The translations under genes were made by a program, and so were the position numbers. Below, in pieces: positions 1 through 9,574 of a stretch of DNA of 64,000 nucleotides (position 1 is the stretch's first letter; each line of letters starts with the position of its first letter). The notes below the pieces were generated by a model, which worked only from the letters and a program-made list of their open reading frames with translations, did no database searches and had not been told where the DNA came from. Source of the DNA: an uncultured Verrucomicrobiae bacterium (GTDB lineage Bacteria > Verrucomicrobiota > Verrucomicrobiia > Chthoniobacterales > JAFAMB01); contig CAWIPH010000002.1 of NCBI GenBank assembly GCA_963837955.1, forward strand, positions 2,720,001 through 2,784,000, given 5' to 3'.

Positions 1-1
1 C

Positions 2-2248
2 TTAGTGAGTGGGTTTCTCTGCGAGTTTCAGGTCGATGTACGGGCTCGGCGAGCGGATAGCGCGCTCCATGCCTGGATAGAGGTTTTTCTTCCAGGAGCC
101 GGTTGGGTCGGCATCGATCCGACGAACGGCACATTTTGTGACCATCGATTCATCCCCACCGCGGCTGGCATCGTTATGGCCGATATCGCACCGGTCGAAG
201 GGAGCTATTTTGGCAACGAAAGAGTGCCGTCGGATTTTCAGGCGAAACTGGAGCTTGAGCTGGTGGTCGAAAAAGATCTGGATCGTCTGGCCGAAAACCT
301 CGAGCAGACTCTGGCTACTGAAAGGGTCGCTCTCACCCTGGGAGGCGAGCCGACCTTTGTGCCGGAACATCCAGAAGGAGCCGAATGGAAGGTGGCGGCG
401 GTCGGTCCGACAAAAATTACCTACGCTTACCAAATCGCGAACACGATCGTTGAATCGGATTGGCCCGGCGCAATCATCCTTTACACGCCAGGCAAGCTTT
501 ACCCAGACGAAATCGATCCTCGTTGGGCTCTCAACATCTTGCGACCTCCCCAGCCTTTTCCAGCTTCGACCAAAGAGGCATTTGCTCCCGACGAAAAGAG
601 CCTCAAACATCTGCGAGACACGGTAATCGATCATTTGAAGATCGAGGATCGCTGGATGAAAGCGTACGATCCGCGTGAACCTAAAAAGCAGATCTGGGTG
701 CTCCCATTGGATTTTTCAGAAGGAGAATGGAAAAGCGAAAAATGGAATCTGCGAAAGTTGGAGCTCATTCCAGCCAACGGCCCAGCCGGATTACGGTTGC
801 CGCTGGTGGATTTGCCGAAAAACCTGACGAAACGCGCGCTAGTGGTCGAAGTGCAACCCACGTACCTCGACCTGTTTCTCCCTCCTCTTCTTTCGACTGA
901 ATTCGCGTTGCTGGTCTGGATGATTTACGACGCCTTCGACCAACCAACTGACATTCATTGGCAGGGGTATGTTCCGGTCGATCTTCCTCCGGAATGGTCC
1001 CGAATCGCCCTGACCGCCGATCCCGGTGTTCTGGAAGTCAATCTTCCTGCGTGCCCTGATTGGAAGACCTACCAATCCTGGTTGGAGCGTTTGGAAACGA
1101 TTAGCCGAGAGCACGGTTTGCGCTGTTTCAAAGAAGATGGCCTGACGGTGGGAACCGGCGGTGGCAACCACGTGCTCTTTGGCGGACCCTCTCTCGAGCG
1201 CAATCCGTTTTTCGTCCGGCCGCAATGGGTGGCTTCCATCGGGCGCTATTGGCAGCATCACCCCGCTCTCTCCTACCTCTTTACCGGGCTCTACGTTGGA
1301 GGTTCTTCTCAGGCACCGCGTCCCGACGAGTGCGGGCACGATCTCCTTGATCTCGAGCTCGCCTATCGTCAGCTCGAATCCCTGGGTCCGGGCGATCAAC
1401 GCGAAAGCATCCATGAGATCTTGCGCCATCTGCACACCGATCCGAGCGGAAACCCGCACCGGAGCGAGATCAGTGTAGATAAATTTTGGTCATACCCGCT
1501 TGGAAATTGGGGTCTACTCGAGTTTCGGGCGATCGAGAGTCTGCCAAAGGTACGGTGGGCAACGGCGGTGGCTTTGCTGTTCCGCACCACCCTCGCCTAT
1601 CTGCTCAAGCAGCCATATCGATCGGCCCTGAAACAGTGGGGACAGGAGTTGCATGATCGATTTTTCTTGCCGACTCTCCTCTGGAGGGATCTCACTGATG
1701 TGCTCACTGAGTTGGCCCAATTCGGTTTCGCATTTGATCCTGGGCTATTCCGCGAGATATGGGAATGGCGCTTTCCTCCCCTGCTCCAATTGGAAGGCCT
1801 CACCATTCGCAAAGGTTTAGAAGCCTGGTCGTTGTTGACCGACACTCCCGTAGAAGGCCAGACCACGAGCCGATTCGTCGATAGCTCGATAACCCGGCTA
1901 GAGTTTTCCGCTGACGCTCAATTTCATCGGGAACACCAGGTCTTTGTGAATGGCCGCGAACTGCCTTTTCGCTCCTTTTCAGCGCGAGAATTGATCGTTG
2001 GATTACGCTATCGCAGTTCTGCCCTCTATCCCTCTTTGCACCCGAAACTGCCGATCCAAACACCGCTCGTTGTCACGATCCTCAGTCGTGATGCCGATAA
2101 GCTGATCGCTCAGTACGTTCTGCCAAAAGAACAAAGCAGTTTTTCGGAAAGTGATTCACGCGATTTCAGCCGAGGTAAACCATGTGAGCCGCCTGCGCCG
2201 GGCTTGATCACGTGCGACCTGCGAATAGAAGAATCCCTGTTTGGTTAA
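2..2248 (+). CDS. Transglutaminase-like domain fused to DUF2126 (putative amidoligase); 5'-partial
   Basis: LHAWIEVFLPGAGWVGIDPTNG transglutaminase His/Asp motif; GGEPTFV, DPGVLEVN, GTGGGNH, SQAPRPDE and EFRA motifs typical of DUF2126. The frame is open to the window edge. Confidence 0.85.
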   Translation, partial: LVSGFLCEFQVDVRARRADSALHAWIEVFLPGAGWVGIDPTNGTFCDHRFIPTAAGIVMADIAPVEGSYFGNERVPSDFQAKLELELVVEKDLDRLAENLEQTLATERVALTLGGEPTFVPEHPEGAEWKVAAVGPTKITYAYQIANTIVESDWPGAIILYTPGKLYPDEIDPRWALNILRPPQPFPASTKEAFAPDEKSLKHLRDTVIDHLKIEDRWMKAYDPREPKKQIWVLPLDFSEGEWKSEKWNLRKLELIPANGPAGLRLPLVDLPKNLTKRALVVEVQPTYLDLFLPPLLSTEFALLVWMIYDAFDQPTDIHWQGYVPVDLPPEWSRIALTADPGVLEVNLPACPDWKTYQSWLERLETISREHGLRCFKEDGLTVGTGGGNHVLFGGPSLERNPFFVRPQWVASIGRYWQHHPALSYLFTGLYVGGSSQAPRPDECGHDLLDLELAYRQLESLGPGDQRESIHEILRHLHTDPSGNPHRSEISVDKFWSYPLGNWGLLEFRAIESLPKVRWATAVALLFRTTLAYLLKQPYRSALKQWGQELHDRFFLPTLLWRDLTDVLTELAQFGFAFDPGLFREIWEWRFPPLLQLEGLTIRKGLEAWSLLTDTPVEGQTTSRFVDSSITRLEFSADAQFHREHQVFVNGRELPFRSFSARELIVGLRYRSSALYPSLHPKLPIQTPLVVTILSRDADKLIAQYVLPKEQSSFSESDSRDFSRGKPCEPPAPGLITCDLRIEESLFG

Positions 2249-2347
2249 CCGCCGGTGGTTATCCTTCAGATCTGGCGAAGCAGCCAGCAAAGTCCGATCC
2301 TTCTTCGTTCCCCCCGCAACCCACAAACTGCCGCGGACAAACCTGGC

Positions 2348-2830
2348 TCAAGAGCCCAAGTTGCGGCTACAGGGCAAGTCATCGGGAAACAGGAGGCGAT
2401 CATCCTCCAAGAGAACTTCAAATATCGGAGTTGTTTTCGCCATTTCTTCCACAAAGGGATAGACCTTAATCACCGTGGCCATTGGGAGAAGGGCTAGCAG
2501 ATCTTCGATCCGCCTTCCCTGAAGCTTCGTGTTGAGCGCATCTTTTTGAGAGAGATTAGCGTTCTGGCGAAGCCATTGAGCGATCTCATCTTCGACCGAG
2601 GCTTGCGCAACGACTTCGAGAAGGCGGTCTTCCGGCACTTCAATCCCGTCGAGCAGAGCAAGGCTCAAACCGGGTAAAGCCGTGCTCATACCGCGAATGG
2701 TGTAGGCGCCGATCTTGCCGCCGGGAAGCTTCGCACGCAATTTATCGATCGTGCGCGGCATCATGTATAGACCCTCGATCTTTTGATAAGGGCTGCGTGG
2801 CGGACGAGTCGTCAAATCGAGAGGTTCCAT
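2348..2830 (-). CDS. DUF5069 family protein
   Basis: N-terminal DLTTRPPRSP...MPRTIDKLRA motif and C-terminal FEVLLEDD; paralogous to 23230-23667. Confidence 0.75.
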   Translation of the reverse strand: MEPLDLTTRPPRSPYQKIEGLYMMPRTIDKLRAKLPGGKIGAYTIRGMSTALPGLSLALLDGIEVPEDRLLEVVAQASVEDEIAQWLRQNANLSQKDALNTKLQGRRIEDLLALLPMATVIKVYPFVEEMAKTTPIFEVLLEDDRLLFPDDLPCSRNLGS

Positions 2831-2873
2831 TTCGGACGTTATCGTAGTGCCAACGCCACGGATGGCGCCCGCT

Positions 2874-3815
2874 CTATTTCATCCGATCGAACGTCTTTTG
2901 CAGGATCTCCAGATCACTGGCATTACCGGTCTTTGCCCGGCTCGCTTCAATCCACTTCTGTTCGAGAGCGTTTTTCGTTGGACGATCAATTTCGTAAAAG
3001 ACACCAAAAAGACCCGGAAACGGCACATCGGCTAGTCGGTATGCTGCGATTTCGTCGGTCAAGTCGTGACGCGCTTCGTCCTCGGGTGAATCGTCCCACT
3101 TCTTTTCATCTATGAGCTTGAACTCGCCCCCCTTCCGCGGGTTACCCGCGTCGAAGGCCCCGGGATAGAACTCTATACATTCCGACAAACACTCTATCAC
3201 CGAGAATCCATCGTGATCCATCGCTCGCTCGATCATTTGGATCATATGGTTGACCTGGGCAGCATGCGTGCGCGCGACGAACGTGGCACCCGCAGCAATC
3301 AGTTTTTTGATAGGATTGACCGGGTGGTCGATTGCCCCGGTCGGATCAGTCTTGGATCGATAGCCAATTGGTGAAGTCGGAGAGGTCTGTTTTTTGGTCA
3401 GACCATAGACAAAATTGTCCATGATCACGTAAGTCAGTCGGATGTTCTTGCGGGCTCCGTGGTCAAGATGGTTTCCACCGATGGAAAAGCCATCACCGTC
3501 CCCTCCGAAAAGGAATATGTGAAGGTCGGGACGGGCCAGACTGATGGCGGACGCTAACGGAACCGCGCGCCCATGGATGAAATGCGCGCCGTGCGTATTG
3601 ACGAAATACGGAAAACGAGAGGAACAACCGATGCCTGCCAATGTTACAATGTTTTCGTGCGGTAGCTGCCGCTTTTCTAACACCTTGTAAAAAGAAGCCA
3701 AGACGGCAAAATCCCCACATGCAGGACACCAAGTAGGGTGATCAGCCGTAATCGCTTTCTTCGTCAATTTCTCGCGTTCCGGTGGTGTTGCCGGGACGGC
3801 ATCTGCTGGATTCAT
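2874..3815 (-). CDS. korB: 2-oxoacid:ferredoxin oxidoreductase beta subunit (TPP-binding)
   Basis: WCPACGDF, GIGCSSR, HGRA and GGDGDG...N TPP motifs; 4-bp overlap with the alpha subunit. Confidence 0.92.
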   Translation of the reverse strand: MNPADAVPATPPEREKLTKKAITADHPTWCPACGDFAVLASFYKVLEKRQLPHENIVTLAGIGCSSRFPYFVNTHGAHFIHGRAVPLASAISLARPDLHIFLFGGDGDGFSIGGNHLDHGARKNIRLTYVIMDNFVYGLTKKQTSPTSPIGYRSKTDPTGAIDHPVNPIKKLIAAGATFVARTHAAQVNHMIQMIERAMDHDGFSVIECLSECIEFYPGAFDAGNPRKGGEFKLIDEKKWDDSPEDEARHDLTDEIAAYRLADVPFPGLFGVFYEIDRPTKNALEQKWIEASRAKTGNASDLEILQKTFDRMK

Positions 3816-5623
3816 TTGAATACTCCTTCCAGAATTTCGCGGACGCGATAGGTCAATCCATCGGTCTTAGTCAGACTCTCAATTTTTGGGTTGCAAAACT
3901 GGGCGCGCAAGATCGTCGCAAGTTGGCCATAACCATACAAGCCTTGGTCGTTCATTTCGACTACGACGATCCTGCGAAACCGCTCGAAGATCGAATCCAA
4001 TCCACGCGGGAGCGGATGAAGATGACGAAGATGCAAGGCGGAAACACTTTGGCCGCGGTCGCGCGCTCGGTGGACAGCCTCGTAAATCGGGCCATAGGTC
4101 GAACCCCAGCCCACCAGCAATACGTCGCCCTCGGGACTACCGTGGACTTGAGGCAGCGGCAGTTCGTCCGCCAACTGTTGGTATTTCTTCCGCCGTTTCG
4201 CCGTCATGCCCGCGTGCAGACGAGGCGATGCGGTTGGGTGGCCCATTTCATCGTGCTCCAGCCCAGTTACCACCGGATATTTGCCTTCCAGTATGCGGGT
4301 CCCCGGTGGGGCATGCTGAGTGATCCCGTCCAGAGGATATGGCCTAAAGCCAGCCGAACGCGGTTGCAGATCTGGTTTTGGCTCTTGCATCAGCTCGGCT
4401 AAATCAGGTTCGTCGAAAGCTTCGATTCGAGTGGCCAAAGAAGAATCGCTCAAAATGAACACCGGCGTGCTGTATTTGCGGGCAATCCGGGTGGCCTCCA
4501 ACGCAATATAAAAACAATCTTCAACGGTTGCCGCAGCGAGGACTACGCGCGGACTGTCACCGTGCCCGCCAAATACTGCCTGATAAAGATCACTCTGCTC
4601 CACGTTCGTCGGTAACCCGGTACTCGGTCCGCCTCGCTGAACATTGATCACGATTAGCGGAATCTCCGCCATCGAAGCCCAACCGATCGCTTCCGCTTTC
4701 AACGAAATGCCGGGTCCGGCGCTCCCAGTGACAGCGAGCGAACCAGAATAGGAAAATCCGAGTGCCAGCGAAACTGCGGCCAATTCGTCTTCAGCTTGGA
4801 CGAACAGGCCACCATATTTGGGGAATTCTGAGCGAAGAATTTCCATTACCGATGACCAGGGCGTAATCGGGTAACCCGCACCGTATCGGACGCCGCCGGC
4901 AATCAACCCGTAGGCCAGGGCCTGATTTCCATCCATCGTGACTTGGGCGCGGTCCGAAGTTCGTGGGCTCGGCTCGAACTCGTAAAGTGTAGTGAGGAGA
5001 TTGCGTACCGGATAGGCGTATCCGGCTTGGAATGCCATGAGGGCGGTATTCACGACGCTCTCGTTTTTGCCGCCAAACCGTTCGCGGATGAGCCCTTTTA
5101 GTTTTTCCGCGTTAAGATGAAAAATACTAGCTAAGAGCCCGAGTACGAAGATGTTCTTCCCTTTGTCCTTGGCTGTTCCACCGAGCGCTTCAACCGTGAG
5201 TCCCGTGATCGGAACGCCCACATAGACAAACCGTTTGTCCTCACGATTCGGTTGAACCTGATCCGAATCGTAAAGCAGGACGCCCCCTTCCCGGAGGAAA
5301 TCGAGGTGGTTTTCGTAACTGTGCTGATAAAAAGCGACCAGGAAATCCGCCTCATCACCAGCCGAGAGTACTTCCCCGGAACCGATGCGGACTTGGAAGA
5401 TCGATGGTCCCCCCGAAATCGTCGAGGGAATCGTCATATACGTGATTACATCCTGCGCGCTACGTCCTGCTAAGCGCGCCAGGAACGCGCCAGCGGTCTG
5501 GATGCCATCTTGAGAATTGCCGGCCAGCCGAATGACTGCGTCGCGAATGTGCTCGGGTCGCAAGTCGGCGCGTCCGGTAGGCAACGAAGGGGCCGATTCA
5601 GGCAAAACGGGGGAAGAACTCAA
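3812..5623 (-). CDS. korA: 2-oxoacid:acceptor oxidoreductase alpha subunit (gamma-alpha fusion)
   Basis: YPITP, QAEDELAA and QRGGPSTGLPT motifs. Confidence 0.92.
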   Translation of the reverse strand: MSSSPVLPESAPSLPTGRADLRPEHIRDAVIRLAGNSQDGIQTAGAFLARLAGRSAQDVITYMTIPSTISGGPSIFQVRIGSGEVLSAGDEADFLVAFYQHSYENHLDFLREGGVLLYDSDQVQPNREDKRFVYVGVPITGLTVEALGGTAKDKGKNIFVLGLLASIFHLNAEKLKGLIRERFGGKNESVVNTALMAFQAGYAYPVRNLLTTLYEFEPSPRTSDRAQVTMDGNQALAYGLIAGGVRYGAGYPITPWSSVMEILRSEFPKYGGLFVQAEDELAAVSLALGFSYSGSLAVTGSAGPGISLKAEAIGWASMAEIPLIVINVQRGGPSTGLPTNVEQSDLYQAVFGGHGDSPRVVLAAATVEDCFYIALEATRIARKYSTPVFILSDSSLATRIEAFDEPDLAELMQEPKPDLQPRSAGFRPYPLDGITQHAPPGTRILEGKYPVVTGLEHDEMGHPTASPRLHAGMTAKRRKKYQQLADELPLPQVHGSPEGDVLLVGWGSTYGPIYEAVHRARDRGQSVSALHLRHLHPLPRGLDSIFERFRRIVVVEMNDQGLYGYGQLATILRAQFCNPKIESLTKTDGLTYRVREILEGVFK

Positions 5624-5689
5624 AGCAAATGTTTCTTAAATGCTAATAGAGATGGCAACCCCTTGTCAACGTGCTGTGCGCGATTCCGA

Positions 5690-7066
5690 TCATGCATTAT
5701 GCACCGCTTGCACGAGGTTGGTCAGCGATTCTTTCGCATCGCCATACAGCATCCCGCAATTGGGCTTGAAGAAAAGGGGATTAACCAGACCGGAAAATCC
5801 TTTCCCCTGTCCTCGCTTGAGCACGACAACCGTTTTCGCGCGGTCGACTTCTAAAATCGGCATTCCGGCGATGATACTTTTGGGATTATCCCGAGCGTCC
5901 GGATTCACAACGTCATTAGCTCCAATCACGATCGCCACATCGGTAGAGGGAAACTCCGGATTGATTACATCTAGCTCCTGGAGTTGCGAGTAGGGCACGC
6001 TCGCTTCGGCCAGCAAAACGTTCATATGTCCGGGCATTCTTCCGGCCACCGGATGGATAGCGTACTTCACTGTCACACCCCGTTCTTCAAGCGCATCGGC
6101 CAATTCCCGCAAGACATGTTGGGCTTGCGCAGTCGCCATTCCGTAGCCAGGCACAAAAACCGCCTGGCGCGCATAAGCGAGCTGTACGGCAACGTCGTCC
6201 AAACCTATTTCTCGCATTTGTCCTTCGCTCGATTGCGTCGTCTCTGAAACGCTGCCGAACGCGCCGAATAGGACGTTTGTAATCGAACGGTTCATCGCTT
6301 TGCACATCACGATCGAAAGAATAAATCCGGAACCGCCGTCTAAGGTTCCCGCGATGATCAATACATTATTGCCGATCACCATCCCGGTCGCAGCGGCCGC
6401 CAGGCCTGCGTACGAGTTCAACAAGGCGATTACTACTGGCATATCTGCAGCGCCGATTGGCAGCACGAGCAGAACGCCAAAGGCAAACGCCAGGATCAAC
6501 ATTAGATAGAACAACACAGACGCTCCCGGAAAGAACAGCAGACAAACGAAGCAGATGATGGTGACTGCCAAGAGCGACAGATTGAAGATATTTTGGCCCT
6601 TGTACGTGAGGGGCGCGCCTGGTATTAAACCCTGGAGTTTAGCAAATGCTACCAAACTGCCAGTGGTGGTCAGCGAGCCAAGCAAGACTTCAAAACTGAG
6701 CGCGCCCATCTTGAATTGTCCGAGCCCAGCGCCGTGCAGGTAGTACTCCGAGATTCCCACGAGAGATGCGGCGAGCGCACCGAATGCATGTGACAGAGCC
6801 GTCCGCTGCGGCATCGCTGTCATTGGCACCCATAAACCCATGGCCAGTCCAATCGTTGAGCCAATCAAGAGCCCCGCGATGATCCACTCATAGCTAACTA
6901 TCTCGCGGTTGACCAACGTGCCCAAAATAGCGAGCAGCATGCCAAACTCGGCTAAATGCATGCCGCGCCGCGCGGTGTCCGGGTGACTCAACCCGCGGAG
7001 CCCGAGGATGAAAAGAATCGAAGCCAGGAGATAACTGGTTTCAATAAACAGGGTGCGTACGTCCAC
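5690..7066 (-). CDS. pntB: NAD(P) transhydrogenase subunit beta
   Basis: Multi-TM N-terminus; PIGAADMPVVIALLNSY, VPGYGMA, HPVAGRMPGHMNVLLAEA and GANDVVNP. Confidence 0.96.
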   Translation of the reverse strand: MDVRTLFIETSYLLASILFILGLRGLSHPDTARRGMHLAEFGMLLAILGTLVNREIVSYEWIIAGLLIGSTIGLAMGLWVPMTAMPQRTALSHAFGALAASLVGISEYYLHGAGLGQFKMGALSFEVLLGSLTTTGSLVAFAKLQGLIPGAPLTYKGQNIFNLSLLAVTIICFVCLLFFPGASVLFYLMLILAFAFGVLLVLPIGAADMPVVIALLNSYAGLAAAATGMVIGNNVLIIAGTLDGGSGFILSIVMCKAMNRSITNVLFGAFGSVSETTQSSEGQMREIGLDDVAVQLAYARQAVFVPGYGMATAQAQHVLRELADALEERGVTVKYAIHPVAGRMPGHMNVLLAEASVPYSQLQELDVINPEFPSTDVAIVIGANDVVNPDARDNPKSIIAGMPILEVDRAKTVVVLKRGQGKGFSGLVNPLFFKPNCGMLYGDAKESLTNLVQAVHNA

Positions 7067-7069
7067 GGC

Positions 7070-7375
7070 TCAGTCCTCCTTTTTCACAGTCTCCCGCTTT
7101 CTGAACATCTTCAGCATGCGATCGGTAATGACGAAACCGCCGACCACGTTAATGGTGGAACAGGTCACGGCTAAGAATCCGAGCACGGCGCTCACCGCTG
7201 TTAGATGCGCGCCTGCCGTCACTAACGAACCGACCAGCGAAATTCCGGAGATCGCGTTGGTTGCTGACATGAGTGGGGTGTGAAGAAGCGAAGGCACTCG
7301 CGAGATGACTTGGTAGCCAAGAAATGCCGCCAGGATCAAAACGTAAAAGGTAGCGATTAGTGTTTCAGCGGGCAT
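7070..7375 (-). CDS. pntAB: NAD(P) transhydrogenase subunit alpha part 2 (membrane)
   Basis: VPSLLHTPLMSATNAISG and NVVGGFVITDRMLKMF. Confidence 0.95.
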   Translation of the reverse strand: MPAETLIATFYVLILAAFLGYQVISRVPSLLHTPLMSATNAISGISLVGSLVTAGAHLTAVSAVLGFLAVTCSTINVVGGFVITDRMLKMFRKRETVKKED

Positions 7376-7400
7376 AGCCTAGTGATGACGATTTTTAAAT

Positions 7401-7462
7401 GACACATGGGACATATGGGACTCATGAGACTTATGTGACCGATGGGACACATGAGTCGTGTC
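7401..7462. repeat. Nonamer tandem repeat (consensus GGGACWYAT), family A copy 1
   Basis: gacacat gggacatat gggactcat gagacttat gtgaccgat gggacacat, lying between pntAA and pntAB. Confidence 0.85.
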
Positions 7463-7511
7463 CAAGATAGCTGGCGTGGTCCTGATCGTCCGCCGGATCG
7501 CTGTGCTGCCG

Positions 7512-8648
7512 CTAAGCTCCATAAGCTTTCCGAATGGTCTCATTGCAGATCTCGCCGGCGTGGGTGATGACGCAGCCCTTGAGCAGCTCATTGCTCAAAT
7601 CGAGAACGAACGCCTTCGTGTCCTTGTTCCAAAAATGTTCAACGAAGGCGCCAAGGTTGTTGGAATACATCTCGCTGGCATTCGTCGCTACGCGTCCCGG
7701 CAAGTTCGCATAACCCAGAATTTTGACGCCGTTCAGCACGACCTCCTCGTCGTACTCCGAACATTCGACGTTCCCTCCGGTCTCTACCGCTGTATCGACG
7801 ATGACGCTTCCTGGCCGCATCTTCTTAACCATTTCGGTGGTGACGACAATAGGAGCCTTCCTGCCAAAGACCTGAGCTGCGGTAATGACGATGTCCGCTA
7901 ACGCTACATGGTCTGCCATCACCTCGCGTTGTTTTTGTAGTTGTTCAGGTGTGAGCGCTTTGGCGTAACCCCCTGCTGTTTCGCCAGTCTCGCCCAAATC
8001 AACCTTTACAAATTTCGCTCCCAACGATTTCACCTGTTCCTCGACGACTGGCCGAGTATCGAATGCTTCCACCCAGGCGCCGAGTCGGCGGCCGGTCGCA
8101 ATTGCTTGTAGCCCGGCAACCCCAACCCCGATCACAAACATGCGCAGCGGTTTGATCGTTCCGGCCGCAGTAGTCATCATCGGCAGGATCCGTTTGATTG
8201 CGCCGGCGGCCAGAATAACGGCGACGTATCCCCCGAGATTGGCTTGCGAACTCAGAGCATCCATTTTTTGCGCGATGGCCACACGAGGAATCATTTCCAT
8301 GCTCACTGCGGTAATTCCTGCAGCCGCAAGTCGATGGACCAATTTTTCTTCGCTAAACGGATCAAGCAGGCTGACGTGAATACTCCCTGTTTTCAGCTGC
8401 GCGATTTCTTCCATCGCCGGTTTACGCAACCGCAATACCAGATCGGCGTTGCTCAAGGAGGCTGCCCGATCGGAACTGGTTTTTGCACCCCCGGATTCAT
8501 AATCAGCGTCTAACCAGCCTACCGATGTTCCCAAACCTTTTTCCACCTCGCAATCCGCTCCGAGTTTCACCAATTTGCCGGCCGTAACGGGCGAGATCGG
8601 AACGCGCAATTCGGTTGGATCAGCTTCTTTGGGGACAAAGATTCGCAT
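7512..8648 (-). CDS. pntAA: NAD(P) transhydrogenase subunit alpha part 1 (NAD-binding dI)
   Basis: MDALSSQANLGGY, GVGVAGLQA, GGYAK and GGNVE. Confidence 0.95.
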   Translation of the reverse strand: MRIFVPKEADPTELRVPISPVTAGKLVKLGADCEVEKGLGTSVGWLDADYESGGAKTSSDRAASLSNADLVLRLRKPAMEEIAQLKTGSIHVSLLDPFSEEKLVHRLAAAGITAVSMEMIPRVAIAQKMDALSSQANLGGYVAVILAAGAIKRILPMMTTAAGTIKPLRMFVIGVGVAGLQAIATGRRLGAWVEAFDTRPVVEEQVKSLGAKFVKVDLGETGETAGGYAKALTPEQLQKQREVMADHVALADIVITAAQVFGRKAPIVVTTEMVKKMRPGSVIVDTAVETGGNVECSEYDEEVVLNGVKILGYANLPGRVATNASEMYSNNLGAFVEHFWNKDTKAFVLDLSNELLKGCVITHAGEICNETIRKAYGA

Positions 8649-8801
8649 GATAATTAATCGACTCAGGGGAGCCGGTGATTGATAAAAAGTTCGTGAACGG
8701 CAGGCGCCAAAAAGACCAAATCCTTGCGTGCTGAGAAAGTGGAGGCGGAAACCATTCGGAGGTTTTCTGCGCGGATGATGCCCAAATCTTTTTGAAACAT
8801 C

Positions 8802-8830
8802 AATACAGGATACAGAATACAGGAGCCAGG
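8802..8830. repeat. Short heptamer tandem repeat (RATACAG)
   Basis: aatacag gatacag aatacag gagccag in the divergent pntAA/MOSC gap. Confidence 0.6.
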
Positions 8831-8914
8831 GACGACAACCGCTCCTATCCGGTTTCAGACACTGCCATCCGAAATCGCTCGACCAACATTCCAGCCCTGG
8901 GCCAATATCGGCGG

Positions 8915-9442
8915 ATGGGATACGTCAACGCCACCCTCCTGGAGAGCGGTCTCGACCAGATCCGTCGTTCCCCCGCTGACCAGGGGAGAGTGGAGCTCAT
9001 CGTTCGCCGGCCAGCCGAGAACGAGCGAGAAGTCGTCCCGGAGGCAATGCTGGATTCTGCCAAAGGTCTCGTCGGCGACACTTGGGCTAACGGATCGGCG
9101 CATCTCGACACGCAGCTGACGGTGATGAACGCTCGCGCAGCGCTGCTGGTGGCCGGTCAGGCGGAACGGCGGCAACTTGCGGGCGACCAGCTCTATGTCG
9201 ATCTCGACCTGAGCGAGGACAACATCCCGGCAGGCACGCGCTTGCAGCTCGGATCCGCAGTCATCGAGGTAACTAACTCGCCTCATCTCGGTTGCAACAA
9301 GTTCGCCGAGCGTTTCGGGCAAGATGCGCGCCGATTCGTAAACTCCGCCGTCGGCCGGCAGCTCCGGCTACGTGGTCTCAATGCCAAGGTCATTGTCCCT
9401 GGCGCCGTCCAGGTCGGCGATACGGTTCGGAAGCTATCGTAG
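8915..9442 (+). CDS. MOSC domain protein
   Basis: GLVGD, AGDQLYVDLDLS, PHLGCNKF and LRGLNAKV...GAVQVGD. Start placed at the ATG of MGYVN. Confidence 0.85.
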   Translation: MGYVNATLLESGLDQIRRSPADQGRVELIVRRPAENEREVVPEAMLDSAKGLVGDTWANGSAHLDTQLTVMNARAALLVAGQAERRQLAGDQLYVDLDLSEDNIPAGTRLQLGSAVIEVTNSPHLGCNKFAERFGQDARRFVNSAVGRQLRLRGLNAKVIVPGAVQVGDTVRKLS

Positions 9443-9504
9443 CCTGATGCTCTAGCCTCAGGGGTGTTGGTGATTAGGGATTAGTGATTGAAGGATCCGG
9501 CTAC
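9439..9504. repeat. GTAG-headed REP-like element with heptamer cargo (family D+C)
   Basis: GTAGCCTGATGCTCTAGCCTCAGG, then (GTGATTR)n-like units, then ATCCGGCTAC. The GTAG includes the MOSC stop codon. Confidence 0.75.
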
Positions 9505-9574
9505 TTCCTCTTTTGCGCTTTCCTTCGTGAGAGTATCAGCTAACTTTTAAGAGCAGCGCAATTCTCCCCCCAGA

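Noticed and set aside
7379..7591. His-rich ORF (SHRSHKSHESHMSH) as a metal-binding peptide
   Set aside because: It is a translation artefact of the family A nonamer repeat and overlaps pntAA.
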